Source: an uncultured Gemmatimonadales bacterium (lineage in GTDB: Bacteria > Gemmatimonadota > Gemmatimonadetes > Gemmatimonadales > GWC2-71-9). Taken from it: a stretch of 64,000 nucleotides of DNA. Shown in pieces: positions 1 through 11,082 of the stretch (positions are counted from its first letter, which is position 1; the number at the start of each line of letters is the position of its first letter). The stretch is taken from NCBI GenBank assembly GCA_963821525.1, contig CAWGED010000019.1, positions 512,001 to 576,000 of the forward strand, given 5' to 3'. The notes below the pieces were generated by a model. The model ran no database searches. It saw only the letters and a program-made list of their open reading frames with translations, and was not told the origin of the DNA. Position numbers and translations under genes: made by a program.

Positions 1-18
1 CCGATTGCCGAGTTAAGG

Positions 19-739
19 ATGACCTGGCTCCAATACCTTTCGTTTCTCGCCGCGATAACAGGTGCCCGGTGGGCGCTGAATGAGATGACGCCTCACGGGG
101 ACGATTATCTCTTTGGCGGAATAATCATTGGCTGCCTGGCCTGGATCATCTATCAGCGTTTCCGCGCCCACGCGTTGCTCGATCTCTGGTTTCGCTCAAG
201 CGACGCCGACCGTGAGGCTCTCCGCCCGGCGCTCATGGACGCGGTTGGCCTGCGCCCGCGGTTACCGGTACCGGTCAACCCGGAGGATCGACTGACGTTT
301 CGGTATCCCTCGGCGTCGCGGGGATATCTCACCCTCCAATTTTGGCTTTGCGTCATTTTCGGAGCGGGGATGTCTTCGTCCGATCCTGAGCGCCGAAAAT
401 GTGGAGCCTAGTAACGGTTGGGTGCTCTTTATCCTCGGATGCGTCTTTACCCTCGCCGCCTATTGGACCAGCCGGCAACTTCGTTTCGTGGGGGACTCGG
501 TCATTGTCGATGCTTATGGAATCGAAGTCCAGCGCGGCAAGCGTGTAAGGGAGCGTATCGAGTGGTCCGAGCTCACGCAGGTAGGGAGAACACGAGGCGG
601 TCGGCCGCTGATCTTTGGCGCTGAAGATGGCCGCAAAATCACCGTCTGGGCCGAGCTGATAGATCACGTGCAATTTGAAGATGTGGTGGCCCGGCGCCTT
701 ATCGGCGAGCTGCGCAGTTCAGGCAATGGTCACCACTAG
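19..739 (+). CDS. Hypothetical membrane protein, probably one gene split by a frameshift near 375 (ORFs 19-411 and 401-739)
   Basis: Hydrophobic helices in both ORFs; the second frame continues the TM pattern (VEPSNGWVLFILGCVFTLAAYW) and ends in a beta-rich, PH-like segment. Confidence 0.5.
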
Positions 740-3177
740 TTCCCCGACAACTTCGTGATCAGCGAGTCCACTTCCTCCCCCGCCTCCGGCGACAAGTTCC
801 CTCTCGCCTCACGTAACTGACTCAACGCCTGCATCCTTCGGAAACACGTACTCGAACGCCTGCTGGGTCCTGGCGCGTACGACGCCGCGGGAATCTCCCA
901 GGTGGCCGGTAAGGAGCCGCATCGCGCGCTCATTGCCCCGGACGGCCAGCGCGGCGAGGGCCAGGGCCGGAGTGTCCTGCTGCCCCACCAGCGCGTTCAC
1001 CTGATCCACGAACGAGGTGTCGTTGAGCTGCGCCACGGCCGCGAGGGCCGCGTTCTGGATCGAATTCTGATAGGACGGGCTGGCAAGTCCTCGGCGAATG
1101 AAACCGGCGGCGTTGGCGGGGTCCAGTCTCGTGACGACACTGAGTGCCGCGGCCCGCACCTGGTAGCTGGTATCCTTGTCGAACGCCGCGGCCGCGATGT
1201 CCCTGGCCTGGGAGCCGCCCTGGAGTCCGAGTGAGGTGATGGCCGCCTGACGGACCTGGGAGGAAGTGTCCTTCGCCGCGGCGATCAAGGCCGGCATCGC
1301 GATCTCACCCGGCATCTTGCTCAGGGCACTCGAGGCCTGGGCCCGGGTGAGGAAGTAGTCGGAGGACGTCGCCGCTTTGGCCAAGGCTCGCGCCGCGGTG
1401 GAGTCACTGGTGCGCGAGGCAAGCTCTCCGATCGCCCACCAGCGATTCCAGAGATTCTCGTCCCGCCCGAGCTGCTCCGCGAGCCAGGCACTCGGCTCAT
1501 CGAACTTGAGCGTCTTGTAGATCGGTGTTGCCGACGTCGAACACCACCATCTGTGGCGGCGCCGAGACTCCCTCGACCCGAATCGTCTGGCTTCGCTGCT
1601 CGAGCCAGGTGCGCTGCCGGACTTCTCCTGCCGCGGTTCGTACTCGCACTTCGACCGGCATACGGAACGCAGCCGGAACGGTGTAGCGGAGCCCGGTGCT
1701 GTCGGCGGTCGCCGAGTCCAGCTGGGTCTGCTCGACGGTGAGCAGTACCGCGCTGGAAGAATCCCACTTCGCGGTGACGGTGAACTCGGCCAGACCGGCC
1801 TGGTACATCCACTGGTTCCAGAACCAATCGAGATTCTCACCGGTCGCCTCGAGGAAAGCCTGCCGCAGGTCGTCGGTGACCGCCACACCGTACGCATGGC
1901 TGGTCAGATAGCGGTTGATCCCGGCCCAGAAGCGGTCGTCTCCCAGATACTGGCGGAGCATCTCCAGCACCATCGCACCCTTGGGGTAGATGTTGTTGGA
2001 GCCCAGGGAGGCGAGCGGCATCCGGCGCTGCTTGTCGATGTCGAGAGCCTGCTGGTACTGGCTGAGGTAATAGTCCTCGCCGGAGTGATCCCCCTGTTTG
2101 GCACGCCAGTACTGACCCGGCATGAAGGTGGCGAAGCCTTCGTTGAGCCACATGTTGGCCCAGTTGGCGGTGGTGACGTAGTCGCCGAACCATTGATGGG
2201 CCAGCTCGTGGGCGATCAGCTCGTACCAGTACCAGGGGCGGTCGGCGTAGGCGGTGCGATCGGGCAGCCAGTCCACCAGCGTCGTGGCGCTGACGTTTTC
2301 CATCCCGCCGAAGAAATCGGCCACCGTGGTCTGGGCGTACTTGCTCCACGGATAAGGAACTCCGGTCAGCCTCGAGTAGGTCTCGATCATGTCCGGCGTG
2401 CGCCGGAACAGGGGGCGCGCGAGGGCGCTGTCCGGCCGGTAGACGTAGTAGTCCACCGGAATGGTGCGCCACGTGTCGTGCACCTTCACGAGCGGTGAGA
2501 CGATGAGGGAGACGAGGTAAGTGGCGGACGGGCGGTCCTGACTCCAGCGAAGGGTGCGCGGTCCCGCCCGGATTGGGCCGATCGAGCACTAGTTTGCCGT
2601 TGGAGACTGCGCTGAAGCCTTTGGGCACGGTGACCCAGACTTCCCACGTCATCTTGTCGTTGGGAAAGTCGTAGGTCGGAAACCAGTGGTGGTTGTTGTC
2701 GTCCTCGCCCTGACTCCAGAGCTGGCGGGGCCGGCGCGGCGGCTCGCTATCGGCCTCGATGAACGTCAGTCCTCGACCGTCCTCGACTCGCCCGTGATAG
2801 GCCAGCCGGAAGCGGAGCGTGTCGCCGAAGGCGGCAGCTTTCGGGAGATAGACGACGAGAGTATCCCGCAACCGCGAGTAACGCAGCTTCCCGGTTCCCT
2901 GCCCGCTCCGGCTCACCGACTCGACAAGGGAGAACTGCAGCAGCTCCCCCGCGTCCAGCACGACCGAGTCGAGTCCCGCCCGGAGCGACCGCAGCGTCGT
3001 GGTAACCACCCCGTCGAAACTCGAGCTGTCCCAGTCGAAGCCGCGCAGCTCGATCCGCTGGTGGACCAGGTCGTAGTCATGGGAGCGGCTGTAGCGGTCG
3101 TTGAGCATCCGCTCCGCGTTGGTCTGGGCAACGAGAGGCGACGCTACGAGCAGGGTGAAACCGATGAGCAATCGCAT
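736..3177 (-). CDS. M1 family zinc aminopeptidase with C-terminal HEAT repeats; frameshifts near 2560, 1520 and 840
   Basis: Signal peptide MRLLIGFTLLVASPLVAQ; GGMEN and HELAHQWFG..WLNEG motifs; HEAT-like repeats; pieced together from ORFs 1837-3366, 1497-2489, 809-1897 and 736-933. Confidence 0.9.
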
Positions 3178-3234
3178 GGATTTGATCAGGACGGCGGTTG
3201 AGGCGGCGTTGAAGGTGAACGCTATGGTACTCCG

Positions 3235-3582
3235 ATGCGGGCACCGCAAGCGTGGGTATACATCATGGCGAGTCCTTCGCGGCGGCTCTACACCGGCGTG
3301 ACCGCGGATCTCCACCGCCGAGTATGGCAGCACCGGCACCCGCACGGCCTGGGATTCACCACCCACAACCAGATCACCCGCCTGGTCTATTGCGAACCGG
3401 CGCGAGACATCGGATCGGCGATCGCGCGGGAGAAACAGCTGAAGGCCAGCTCACGAGAACAGAAGCTATCGCTGATTGCCTCGGTCAATCCGGGGTGGCT
3501 CGACCTGGCTGCGGACTGGTTCCCGGAACGACCAGGGCGATCCGATCAGAAGCGGCCGGCGGGAGGACAGCGCAATCCTTAG
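3235..3582 (+). CDS. Small GIY-YIG nuclease family protein
   Basis: WVYIMAS..LYTGVT.DL.RRVWQH and AIAREKQLK..NP.W.DL motifs. Confidence 0.9.
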   Translation: MRAPQAWVYIMASPSRRLYTGVTADLHRRVWQHRHPHGLGFTTHNQITRLVYCEPARDIGSAIAREKQLKASSREQKLSLIASVNPGWLDLAADWFPERPGRSDQKRPAGGQRNP

Positions 3583-4244
3583 AACAGGGAGATCTGGGCA
3601 ACCGGACCGAAGGTCTTGCGATGATGCCGAGTGGGTCCGAGCGAGTCGATGGCACCACAGTGTTCGGCGGTGCCGTAGCCGACATTGTGTTCCCAGCCGT
3701 AGCCGGGATAGCGCACGGCCAGACGATGCATGAGCTCGTCGCGCACCTGCTTGGCGACGATGCCGGCGGCCGCGATGGAATAGCAGATCGCGTCGCCATC
3801 GACCAGGCCTTCGTGCTTGAAGCCGCATTCGTGCATGGCCAGTCCGTCGATCAGCACCTGGTAGGAGGTGGCGCCGGAACGCCGGACACCGTCCCGGAAG
3901 ATCTTTGCGGCGCAGGTCCGGGCCACGGCGCGGCGCATGGCGAGGGCGGTCGCGACTCGAATGTTGTAACGGTCAACTTCACGCACTGAGGCCGCGGCGA
4001 CTGTAATGATGAGGGCGGAAGACTTGATGCCGGGGAGGATTTCGGCGCGCTGGTTTTCGCTCAGCGTCTTGCTGTCGCGGACACCGGGAACCGGCACGGT
4101 CCAGGCAGGAAACACCACGGCCGCGGCCACCACCGGACCGGCGAGGGGACCACGGCCGACTTCGTCAACACCGATGAGAAGGCGGCGACGAGACCAGGCC
4201 GCCTCCTCACGCTTGAGGTTGGGCCGGGGCTGCGCCGCCGCCAT
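3579..4244 (-). CDS. rnhB: Ribonuclease HII
   Basis: GVDEVGRGPLAGPV, DSKTL and SIAAAGIVAK motifs; follows rplS. Confidence 0.97.
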   Translation of the reverse strand: MAAAQPRPNLKREEAAWSRRRLLIGVDEVGRGPLAGPVVAAAVVFPAWTVPVPGVRDSKTLSENQRAEILPGIKSSALIITVAAASVREVDRYNIRVATALAMRRAVARTCAAKIFRDGVRRSGATSYQVLIDGLAMHECGFKHEGLVDGDAICYSIAAAGIVAKQVRDELMHRLAVRYPGYGWEHNVGYGTAEHCGAIDSLGPTRHHRKTFGPVAQISLF

Positions 4245-4247
4245 GGC

Positions 4248-4595
4248 TCAGCTGTCTTTCTTTTCCTTGATCCGGGCGGCCTTGCCGCTCACCTTGCGGA
4301 GATAGTAGAGCTTGGCGCGGCGCACCCGTCCTTTGCGCACCACCTCGACCGAGGCGAGGGTCGGGCTGTGCATCGGGAAGACGCGCTCGACGCCGACGCC
4401 GGCCGACACCTTCCGCACCCGGAAGGTCTCGTTGATGCCACCGCCCCGCTTGCCCATGCAGAGTCCCTCGAACGCCTGCAGGCGCTCCTTGTCGCCCTCG
4501 CGAACGCGCACCATGACCCGAATGGTATCGCCGGGAGAAAATTTCGGGATGTCGGTCCGCAACCCTTCGCGGGCTACTGTCGCTATGCGTTCCAT
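4248..4595 (-). CDS. rplS: 50S ribosomal protein L19
   Basis: [17 protein letters not shown] and [15 protein letters not shown] at 4595 preceded by GAGG. Confidence 0.98.
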   Translation of the reverse strand: MERIATVAREGLRTDIPKFSPGDTIRVMVRVREGDKERLQAFEGLCMGKRGGGINETFRVRKVSAGVGVERVFPMHSPTLASVEVVRKGRVRRAKLYYLRKVSGKAARIKEKKDS

Positions 4596-4626
4596 AGGTT
4601 CCTCGCAGTCCGGGGCAGCTCCGCCC

Positions 4627-5323
4627 CTACGAATGTTTCGCCTGATGTTGCCGCCACACATCCGGCCGTCGCTCGGCCGTCAGCCGCTCCGCCTCCGCCT
4701 GCCGCCACGCCGCAATGAGGGCGTGATTGCCGGAGAGGAGCGCTTCCGGCACCGGCCATCCCTGGTATTCGGGAGGCCTGGTATAACTCGGTGGGCTCAG
4801 CAGACCCTCGTAGAAGGAGTCTCCGCTGGCCGATTCATGATCTCCCAAGACGCCGGGGAGCAACCGCACCACCGCGTCCAGCACCACGATCGCCGCCGGT
4901 TCGCCGCCCGAGAGGACGAAGTCACCGATCGACAGCTCCTCGGTCGCCAGGTGATCCGCCACCCGCTGGTCCACGTCCTTGTAGTGGCCGCAGAGCAACG
5001 TGAGCGACGAGCTTCAACGACAGCCGCACTGCGTCATCGTGGCTGAACGGCTTTCCCCGCGCCGACAACAGCACGATGGGTCCCTGCCGGCAATCCGGGC
5101 CCAGCGACTCCACCGCTTCAAAGAACGGCTCCGGACGGAGCACCATCCCCGAGCCGCCGCCGTACGGGTAGTCATCCACCGTCCGGTGCCGGTCATGGGT
5201 GAAGTCCCGTAACTGCACGAGACGGTAGTTCACCTTGCCGGCTGCCGCCGCCCGCCCCGGAATACTGGCGTCCAGGTAGGCGGTGAACACTTCGGGAAAC
5301 AGGGTGATGATGTTGATCTGCAT
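4627..5323 (-). CDS. trmD: tRNA (guanine-N1)-methyltransferase; frameshift near 5000
   Basis: ITLFPE and [13 protein letters not shown] in ORF 4922-5323; [12 protein letters not shown] and [11 protein letters not shown] in ORF 4627-4998. Confidence 0.95.
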
Positions 5324-5335
5324 CGTGTTCCGGGA

Positions 5336-5411
5336 GGGTCTGGAGTCCAGAGTCTAAAGTCTGAAGTCGCCGACTCTAGACTCTCGACTATGGACTCTAG
5401 ACTCTCGACCC
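5336..5411. repeat. Inverted array of 7-nt-period repeats, (NNNAGTC)n followed by (GACTNNN)n, between rimM and trmD
   Basis: GGGTC TGGAGTC CAGAGTC TAAAGTC TGAAGTC GCC GACTCTA GACTCTC GACTATG GACTCTA GACTCTC GACCC. Confidence 0.85.
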
Positions 5412-5412
5412 T

Positions 5413-5943
5413 TTACAGATCCACCAACCCCTCCGGCAACTCCACCACCAGCACCCTCGCCTCCCGCTTTACCTCTCGCACAAACTCGCGCTTGAACGGC
5501 AGCAGGAACTCGCGCTTGGGACCCTGTACCTCCAGCATCAGGCCGGCGGGCATTTCATAGAGGTCCGTCACCAGACCCAACGCCGAACCATCGCTGCTCC
5601 GGACCGCGAAGCCCTCCAGCTCATGGAGGTAGACCTCGCCCTCGGCCGGCTTCGCCAGGATGTCTTCCGGAGCCGCCAGAAACTGGCCTCTCCAGAGCTC
5701 CATCTCGTCCCGCGATTCCACACCGCGAAACTTGATGAGCCACTCGCGATGGTATGCCTTGCTCCGCTCTACTTCAACCGGCTCCCCCACCATGGTCCCC
5801 GCGAGGTCCATCCGGCGCAGCGCGCGACCGGGCTGGAACACCGTGGCGGGATCGTCGGTCAGCGGGAAGACGGTGAATTCACCCTTCAGACCATGCGGTT
5901 TTCTGAGCCGCCCGACCACCAGGTGGCGCGGCTCCTCCGACAT
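5413..5943 (-). CDS. rimM: Ribosome maturation factor RimM
   Basis: VGRLRKPHGLKGE and EGEVYLHELEG; lies between rpsP and trmD. Confidence 0.96.
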   Translation of the reverse strand: MSEEPRHLVVGRLRKPHGLKGEFTVFPLTDDPATVFQPGRALRRMDLAGTMVGEPVEVERSKAYHREWLIKFRGVESRDEMELWRGQFLAAPEDILAKPAEGEVYLHELEGFAVRSSDGSALGLVTDLYEMPAGLMLEVQGPKREFLLPFKREFVREVKREARVLVVELPEGLVDL

Positions 5944-5945
5944 CG

Positions 5946-6197
5946 TCAAACCGCCACGCCGGCCTTGGTCAGGAGCGCCTTGACGGTGTCGGTCGGCGTT
6001 GCACCCTTGGCGAGCCAGGCCTTGGCCTGATCGCCATCGACCCGGACCTTCTCCGCGTCGTTGACCGCCTTGGGATTGTAGGTGCCGATCGTCGCGATGA
6101 ACCGCCCGTCCCGCGGTGACTCGCGGTCGGCGATGACGATGCGATAGAGCGGCACGCCCTTGCGGCCGACCCGGCGGAGTCTGATCCTCGTTGCCAT
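5946..6197 (-). CDS. rpsP: 30S ribosomal protein S16
   Basis: MATRIRLRRVGRK..YRIVIAD.ESPRDGRFI..IGTYNP. Confidence 0.98.
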   Translation of the reverse strand: MATRIRLRRVGRKGVPLYRIVIADRESPRDGRFIATIGTYNPKAVNDAEKVRVDGDQAKAWLAKGATPTDTVKALLTKAGVAV

Positions 6198-6232
6198 GCT
6201 ACCCATCCTTGAATTGAATGCTGTCTGGCGTC

Positions 6233-7570
6233 TCACATCACGCCGGGAAACCCTTTGCCGAACGGCAACCTTACTCCGGGTTTGCCGGCGGACTTCATCA
6301 GCTTCTGCATCTGCTTGAACTGCGCCAGCAACTGATTCACTTCCTGCACCGTCCGGCCTGATCCCTTCGCGATCCGGAGCCGCCGCGATCCGTTGATGAG
6401 ATCGGGATCGGCGCGTTCCTTCGGGGTCATGGACAGCACGATCGCCTCGACGTGGGTGAGGCGCTTGTCGTCCACCTGGGCCGCGCTGAGCGCCGCCATA
6501 TTCACCCCGGGCAGCATCCCCAGCACGTTCTTGATCGGCCCCATCTTCTGCATCTGCCGCATCGCGGTCAGGAAATCCTGGAGATCCAGGCCCTTCCGCG
6601 AGGTGGCCTTCTTCGCGAGCCGCTCGGCTTCCTTCGCATCGACCGTGGACTGGGCCTTCTCGACCAGGCTCAGGATGTCGCCCTGCTGAAGAATCCGCCC
6701 GGCCATCCGCTCGGGGTGGAAGGGCTCGAGGGCATCGAGCTTTTCTCCAACGCCCACGAACTTGATGGGGGCCTTGGTCACTCCGTAGATCGAGAGTGCC
6801 GCGCCACCCCGGGCGTCGCCGTCCATCTTGGTGAGGATCACACCGGTGATCCCCAGCGCTTCGTGGAAGCCGGTCGCGATGCGAACGGCGTCCTGGCCGG
6901 TCATTCCGTCGGCGATGAGCAGGATCTCATGCGGCTTCACCGCCGCCTTGAGTGCCTTCAGCTCATCCATCATGTCGTTGTCGATCTGCAGCCGGCCGGC
7001 CGTATCCACCAGAACCGTCCGAGCCCTCGCCTTCCCTGCTTCCGCTATGCCCCGCTTCACGATCCCGGCTACGTCGGTCACACCGGGCTCGGCGTGTACG
7101 CCGACGTCAACCTGCTTGCCCAGCGTCACCAGCTGATCCACCGCCGCGGGGCGGTAGACGTCGGCCGCGATCAGATACGGCGCCTTCTGCTCCAGCTTGA
7201 GCCGGCGGGCGAGTTTCCCCGCCGTGGTCGTCTTACCGGAACCCTGCAAACCAACCAGCAGCACCACCGTCGGCGGCACCGACGCGAATGCGATGGGCGC
7301 CTGTTTTTCGCCGAGCAGTGCTACCAGCTCGTCATAGACAACTTTGACCAGCTGCTGGCCCGGCCGAACCGACTTCAGGGCGGTGATTCCAACCGCTTTT
7401 TCCTGCACCCGCTCGAGAAACTCACGGGTGAGGTCGAAGCTCACGTCTGCTTCGAGCAGGATCCGGCGGACTTCCCGAAGACCGTCCTTGACGTCATCCT
7501 CGGTCAGTACACCGCGACCCGTCAGTTTTTGAAGGGCGGCGGAGAGTTTCGAGGACAGCTCGTCGAACAT
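6233..7570 (-). CDS. ffh: Signal recognition particle protein
   Basis: GLQGSGKTTT, DTAGRLQ and TKMDGDARGG motifs; Met-rich M domain. Confidence 0.99.
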   Translation of the reverse strand: MFDELSSKLSAALQKLTGRGVLTEDDVKDGLREVRRILLEADVSFDLTREFLERVQEKAVGITALKSVRPGQQLVKVVYDELVALLGEKQAPIAFASVPPTVVLLVGLQGSGKTTTAGKLARRLKLEQKAPYLIAADVYRPAAVDQLVTLGKQVDVGVHAEPGVTDVAGIVKRGIAEAGKARARTVLVDTAGRLQIDNDMMDELKALKAAVKPHEILLIADGMTGQDAVRIATGFHEALGITGVILTKMDGDARGGAALSIYGVTKAPIKFVGVGEKLDALEPFHPERMAGRILQQGDILSLVEKAQSTVDAKEAERLAKKATSRKGLDLQDFLTAMRQMQKMGPIKNVLGMLPGVNMAALSAAQVDDKRLTHVEAIVLSMTPKERADPDLINGSRRLRIAKGSGRTVQEVNQLLAQFKQMQKLMKSAGKPGVRLPFGKGFPGVM

Positions 7571-7579
7571 AAGCCCAGC

Positions 7580-7608
7580 ATTCTAGCTGGGTTACGAGCC
7601 TTTTTCAA
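7580..7608 (-). promoter_or_regulatory. Sigma70-type promoter of ffh (TTGAAA-17-TAGAAT), near-leaderless
   Basis: Minus-strand TTGAAA (7608-7603), 17-nt spacer, TAGAAT (7585-7580) ending 9 nt before the ATG; no SD sequence. Confidence 0.65.
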
Positions 7609-7732
7609 GCGGCTGGATGGGGTGTTCTGAGGGGCCAACTCGCGGGAATTCGGGCCGGTCGCGCCGGAAAAGGGTGCCGAATCTCCGGCCCCGCCCCGGT
7701 AGTGTTGCGGCAACCTTCGATGGGGAGCGCGC

Positions 7733-7981
7733 TTGCCACCGACTACCGACCCGGAACAGGAAACGGCCATCGGCGCCCGGGTAGCCGACCAGTTGGCCGA
7801 TGAGGCCGCCCGGGGACCCTCTGCGGCGCTTGGATTTGCCCGGACCTGCACCGATCAGGAGCTGAGACTGGGCCTGTCGTTCGTCACGACAGTGCTCGAA
7901 GTGGCCTCTATTTCGGCCCGGGCGCTCGCGGCGGCCCAGGCTGAACGGGCGCGGGATCAGAGAATTCGAGCCTGGAATTGA
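7733..7981 (+). CDS. Hypothetical protein (82 aa, helical)
   Basis: Only plausible ORF divergent from ffh; GGGAG upstream of TTG start. Confidence 0.5.
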   Translation: MPPTTDPEQETAIGARVADQLADEAARGPSAALGFARTCTDQELRLGLSFVTTVLEVASISARALAAAQAERARDQRIRAWN

Positions 7982-8022
7982 GTCCGACGCCTCATCTGGG
8001 CTTCTGCGTAGGGATGGTTCCG

Positions 8023-8310
8023 GAACTGCTTACCACGGAATACGCGGAAAAACGCTGAACACGCGGAAAACACATTAGTAGTGATCAGCGTTCGTCCGCG
8101 TGCTCCGCGTGCTTCCGAGGGTAGGCTTTTTAGGTCTGAAACCGAACTGTTCTGAGAAGACGTACCCGGCCTTCTCCGTGGGGCTGGCCCCGAACTGCTT
8201 AACGCGGAACACGCTGAATACGCGGAACACGCGGAAACACATTAGTAGTGATCCGCGTTCGTCCGCGTGCTCCGCGTACTTCCGCGGTAGGCTTTTTAGG
8301 TCTGAAACCG
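8023..8310. repeat. Two direct copies (8023-8144 and 8192-8310) of a ~120-bp element built from inverted ~9-nt repeats (ACGCGGAAC ... TCCGCGT)
   Basis: Both copies begin GAACTGCTTA, share the core ACACATTAGTAGTGATC and end GGTAGGCTTTTTAGGTCTGAAACCG. Confidence 0.9.
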
Positions 8311-8321
8311 TGCTACGAAGG

Positions 8322-9537
8322 TCAGGGAGCCGGTTTTACGACGTGGACGGTGGGGAGGTTGTCCCATCCGGTCCACCGAACCGGGGCCAGGACGAGACGG
8401 ACTCCGGGCTTGCCATCAATGGTGGGCTGGGTGGTCTCCAGGCGGTAGCCGAGGGGACGTTTTTTCTGGAGTCGTTCGACGGTCGAGGTCACGAAGCGGA
8501 TCCGTGAGGGCTGGTCGTCCCACACGGTGTACCACACCAGTGCGGCGCCATCCGGGGCTGTCATAGACCCGGAAGCGATCACCGCCCCATCCGATCGCGA
8601 TCGGTGTCGTGACTTCGGCGGCCTTGGATAGCTCGGCGTTGAGCACCCGGATATCGAACTCGCCGAAGACGTCTTCATACAGCGCCCCGTCCGGCTGATC
8701 GAACGCCAGAGTGACCGGCACGTCTCCCCGGCCGTAGCGATAGGGATGCAGCACCTGCTCGGTCGATGTCGGCATCCGGGGACCGAAGGGCATCGTGTCG
8801 CGCAGCTCGGAGCCGGCCCACCATCGCAGAAAGTCGGCGCCAGCCAGGTAAGGGAAGATGACGCTCTCCCTCAGAATCCTCGGCGCCTTGGAGAACACCG
8901 GCATCGAGGCTTGCTGGCTCCGGAGGTTGTCCCGGTAAGTCTCCCAGAACTCGGGCATGGCGTAGAGGTTCTGCTCCGGCACCATGACCTGCAGTCCGCC
9001 GAGCGTCGCCTGACCCTCGAGGATGGCGGTAGCAGCGGAGAGCCGGTCGTTGTCGTTGGCCTGCCGCATGATGGAGTCGAGCGGGATGTATTGATGCTGC
9101 AGCGCGTGAACCAGCTCGTGCGCCACGACGACGGTCAGAAACTTGGGATCGGCATTGGCCGCGACGAAGAGCGTGCTGGAGTCCGGCTCGTAGAATCCAA
9201 CGATCTGCTCGGTGTACAGATCGAGCAGAAGGGGACGCAACTCCAGTGAATCGGGGAACATTCCAAGCAGCCGGTAAGCAGCCTGGAGCCCTCTGGCCTT
9301 CGCCGTCGGGAGTTCCTCGTCGAGCTTGTGGAGCACGTAGGAGCGCACCTGGTCCCGGCTCCGCACCGCCGACATCGGCTTGTGGGTGAACTTGAGGCCG
9401 ACTGCCTTCTCGACCGCAGGAGTCAAACTGTCCACCAGGCGGGCAACGGCTTCGGCCCCATTGGCGTCGGCCGGTGGGCGCCCACGGCAAGCGATTCCCC
9501 CGGCGACGAGGGTGAGTACAGCCAGGGTGCGGATCAC
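8322..9537 (-). CDS. Putative zinc metallopeptidase lipoprotein (HExxH); frameshift near 8555
   Basis: Lipobox-like GIAC; AHELVHALQHQ with downstream EGQA; C-terminus continues in ORF 8322-8678 (ALVWYTVWD). Confidence 0.75.
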
Positions 9538-10307
9538 GGAATCATCAGGTACTCGCCGTACCAGCGGATGATGGGCTGACCGAACAGGAAGGTGACCGCG
9601 GCACCCAAGGCGAGGAACACCCCGAAGGGCACCAGCCGCTTCTTTCCAATCACAGAGAGGGGGACGAAGATCAGGGTGCCCAGCAACGCACCGAGGAAGG
9701 TCGTTAGCAGGACGCCCTCCCAGCCGAGGAAGGCACCCACCATCGCCATCATCTTGATGTCCCCTCCTCCCATGGCGTCTTCCTTGAAAATCCGGGTACC
9801 GGCCGCGCCCACGGCCCAGAGCAGAGCGAATCCCACGACCGCTCCGACCACAGACTGAAGCACGGTGGGAAATCCGGGGGAGATGCTGAAGAGGAGACCC
9901 AGCCCCAGACCACCGAGGCTGAATTCATCGGGGATGATGTATTGCCTCGCATCGGTGAGGGCGATGCCGAGCAGAATGGTGAAGAACACGGCACCGCGAA
10001 GCGCCTGCCATTCGGGGGTGATGGTCGCCGCCATCCAGGCCCAGATGAAGGCGGTGCTGAGCTCAACCAGCGGATATTGAATGGAGACTCGGGCGCCGCA
10101 CCACCGGCAGCGGCCCTTGAGGAGAAACCAGGAGACCATCGGGATGTTGTCGTACCAGGCGATGGTGCGGCCGCAGTCGCCGCAGCGGGAGCGGGGCTTC
10201 ACCACCGAGAGGTCGTTCGGCCAGCGATAGATGCAGACGTTGAGGAAACTGCCGACCATGGCGCCCAGCACGCCCGCAACGATGACCACCAACCGTTCAT
10301 CGATCAC
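9534..10307 (-). CDS. pilD: Prepilin peptidase / N-methyltransferase (A24 family)
   Basis: GSFLNVCIYR, two CxxC pairs, MGGGDIKMMA and VPFGVFL; GTG at 10307. Confidence 0.93.
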   Translation of the reverse strand: MIDERLVVIVAGVLGAMVGSFLNVCIYRWPNDLSVVKPRSRCGDCGRTIAWYDNIPMVSWFLLKGRCRWCGARVSIQYPLVELSTAFIWAWMAATITPEWQALRGAVFFTILLGIALTDARQYIIPDEFSLGGLGLGLLFSISPGFPTVLQSVVGAVVGFALLWAVGAAGTRIFKEDAMGGGDIKMMAMVGAFLGWEGVLLTTFLGALLGTLIFVPLSVIGKKRLVPFGVFLALGAAVTFLFGQPIIRWYGEYLMIP

Positions 10308-11070
10308 GCAACACCTCGTACAGAAGGATTCCCGCCGCAATCGCGACGTTCAGGGACTCGGCGTGCTCAGACAACGGAATGGCTAACCTGGTGGAGGCGA
10401 CCGCCTCCAATTCTTTCCGAATGCCGGCGCCCTCATTCCCTACGACGAGCGCCATCCCGGTGCCTCGGGCTCGACGATATTGGCCGACGTCGGTGCCCGC
10501 GGGATCGGAGAGCACGAGGATAGTGCCCGTCGCCTTGCACCACGCGAGAAACTCGGCGTCGCCCGTCATGAAGGAAGGGAACCGGAACAACGCTCCCATG
10601 CTCCCGCGCAGCACCTTCGAGTTGGCGAGATCCGCGGTGCCTTTGAGGGCGATCAATCCGGCGGCGCCCAACGCGAACGCGGTGCGGGCCATGGTGCCGA
10701 CGTTCCCCGGATCCTGGACTCCATCGAGAACCAGGATGACGCCTCCCGCGGCCGGCCGGAAAGTATCCAGAGACCAGTTCGGCGTCTCGATCACCGCGAC
10801 CACACCCTGGGGATGCTCGGTGTCCGCCAACTCGGCGAGAGCCGCGTCATCCACCGGGTCGAGGGCGACATGCCGTGCCCCAAGCGCAGCTTCAAGCGCG
10901 CGCCCGCGGGTGGTAGCTTGCAGCGCGGGAGACACCACGGCGCCCTTGATCACGATCCCGGCCGCCAGTGCCTCCTCCACCAGGCGCACCCCTTCGGCGA
11001 GTGCCAGTCCCTTTTCCTCCCGGCCTCGCCGCCGGTGCAGGTCCCGGATGGTCCTGATCAGAGCCTTCAT
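10297..11070 (-). CDS. TrmH/SpoU family RNA 2'-O-methyltransferase
   Basis: QDPGNVGT, VGNEGAG and ESLNVAIA SPOUT motifs. Confidence 0.95.
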   Translation of the reverse strand: MKALIRTIRDLHRRRGREEKGLALAEGVRLVEEALAAGIVIKGAVVSPALQATTRGRALEAALGARHVALDPVDDAALAELADTEHPQGVVAVIETPNWSLDTFRPAAGGVILVLDGVQDPGNVGTMARTAFALGAAGLIALKGTADLANSKVLRGSMGALFRFPSFMTGDAEFLAWCKATGTILVLSDPAGTDVGQYRRARGTGMALVVGNEGAGIRKELEAVASTRLAIPLSEHAESLNVAIAAGILLYEVLRDR

Positions 11071-11082
11071 CAAGATCCTCGA

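Noticed and set aside
8023..8310. CRISPR array
   Set aside because: Only two ~120-bp copies, one spacer and no cas genes
10480..11082. Long N-terminal extensions or fusions on thiD, arsR (from 16013) and deoC (to 32196)
   Set aside because: The extensions overlap other real genes; homology begins at the downstream starts
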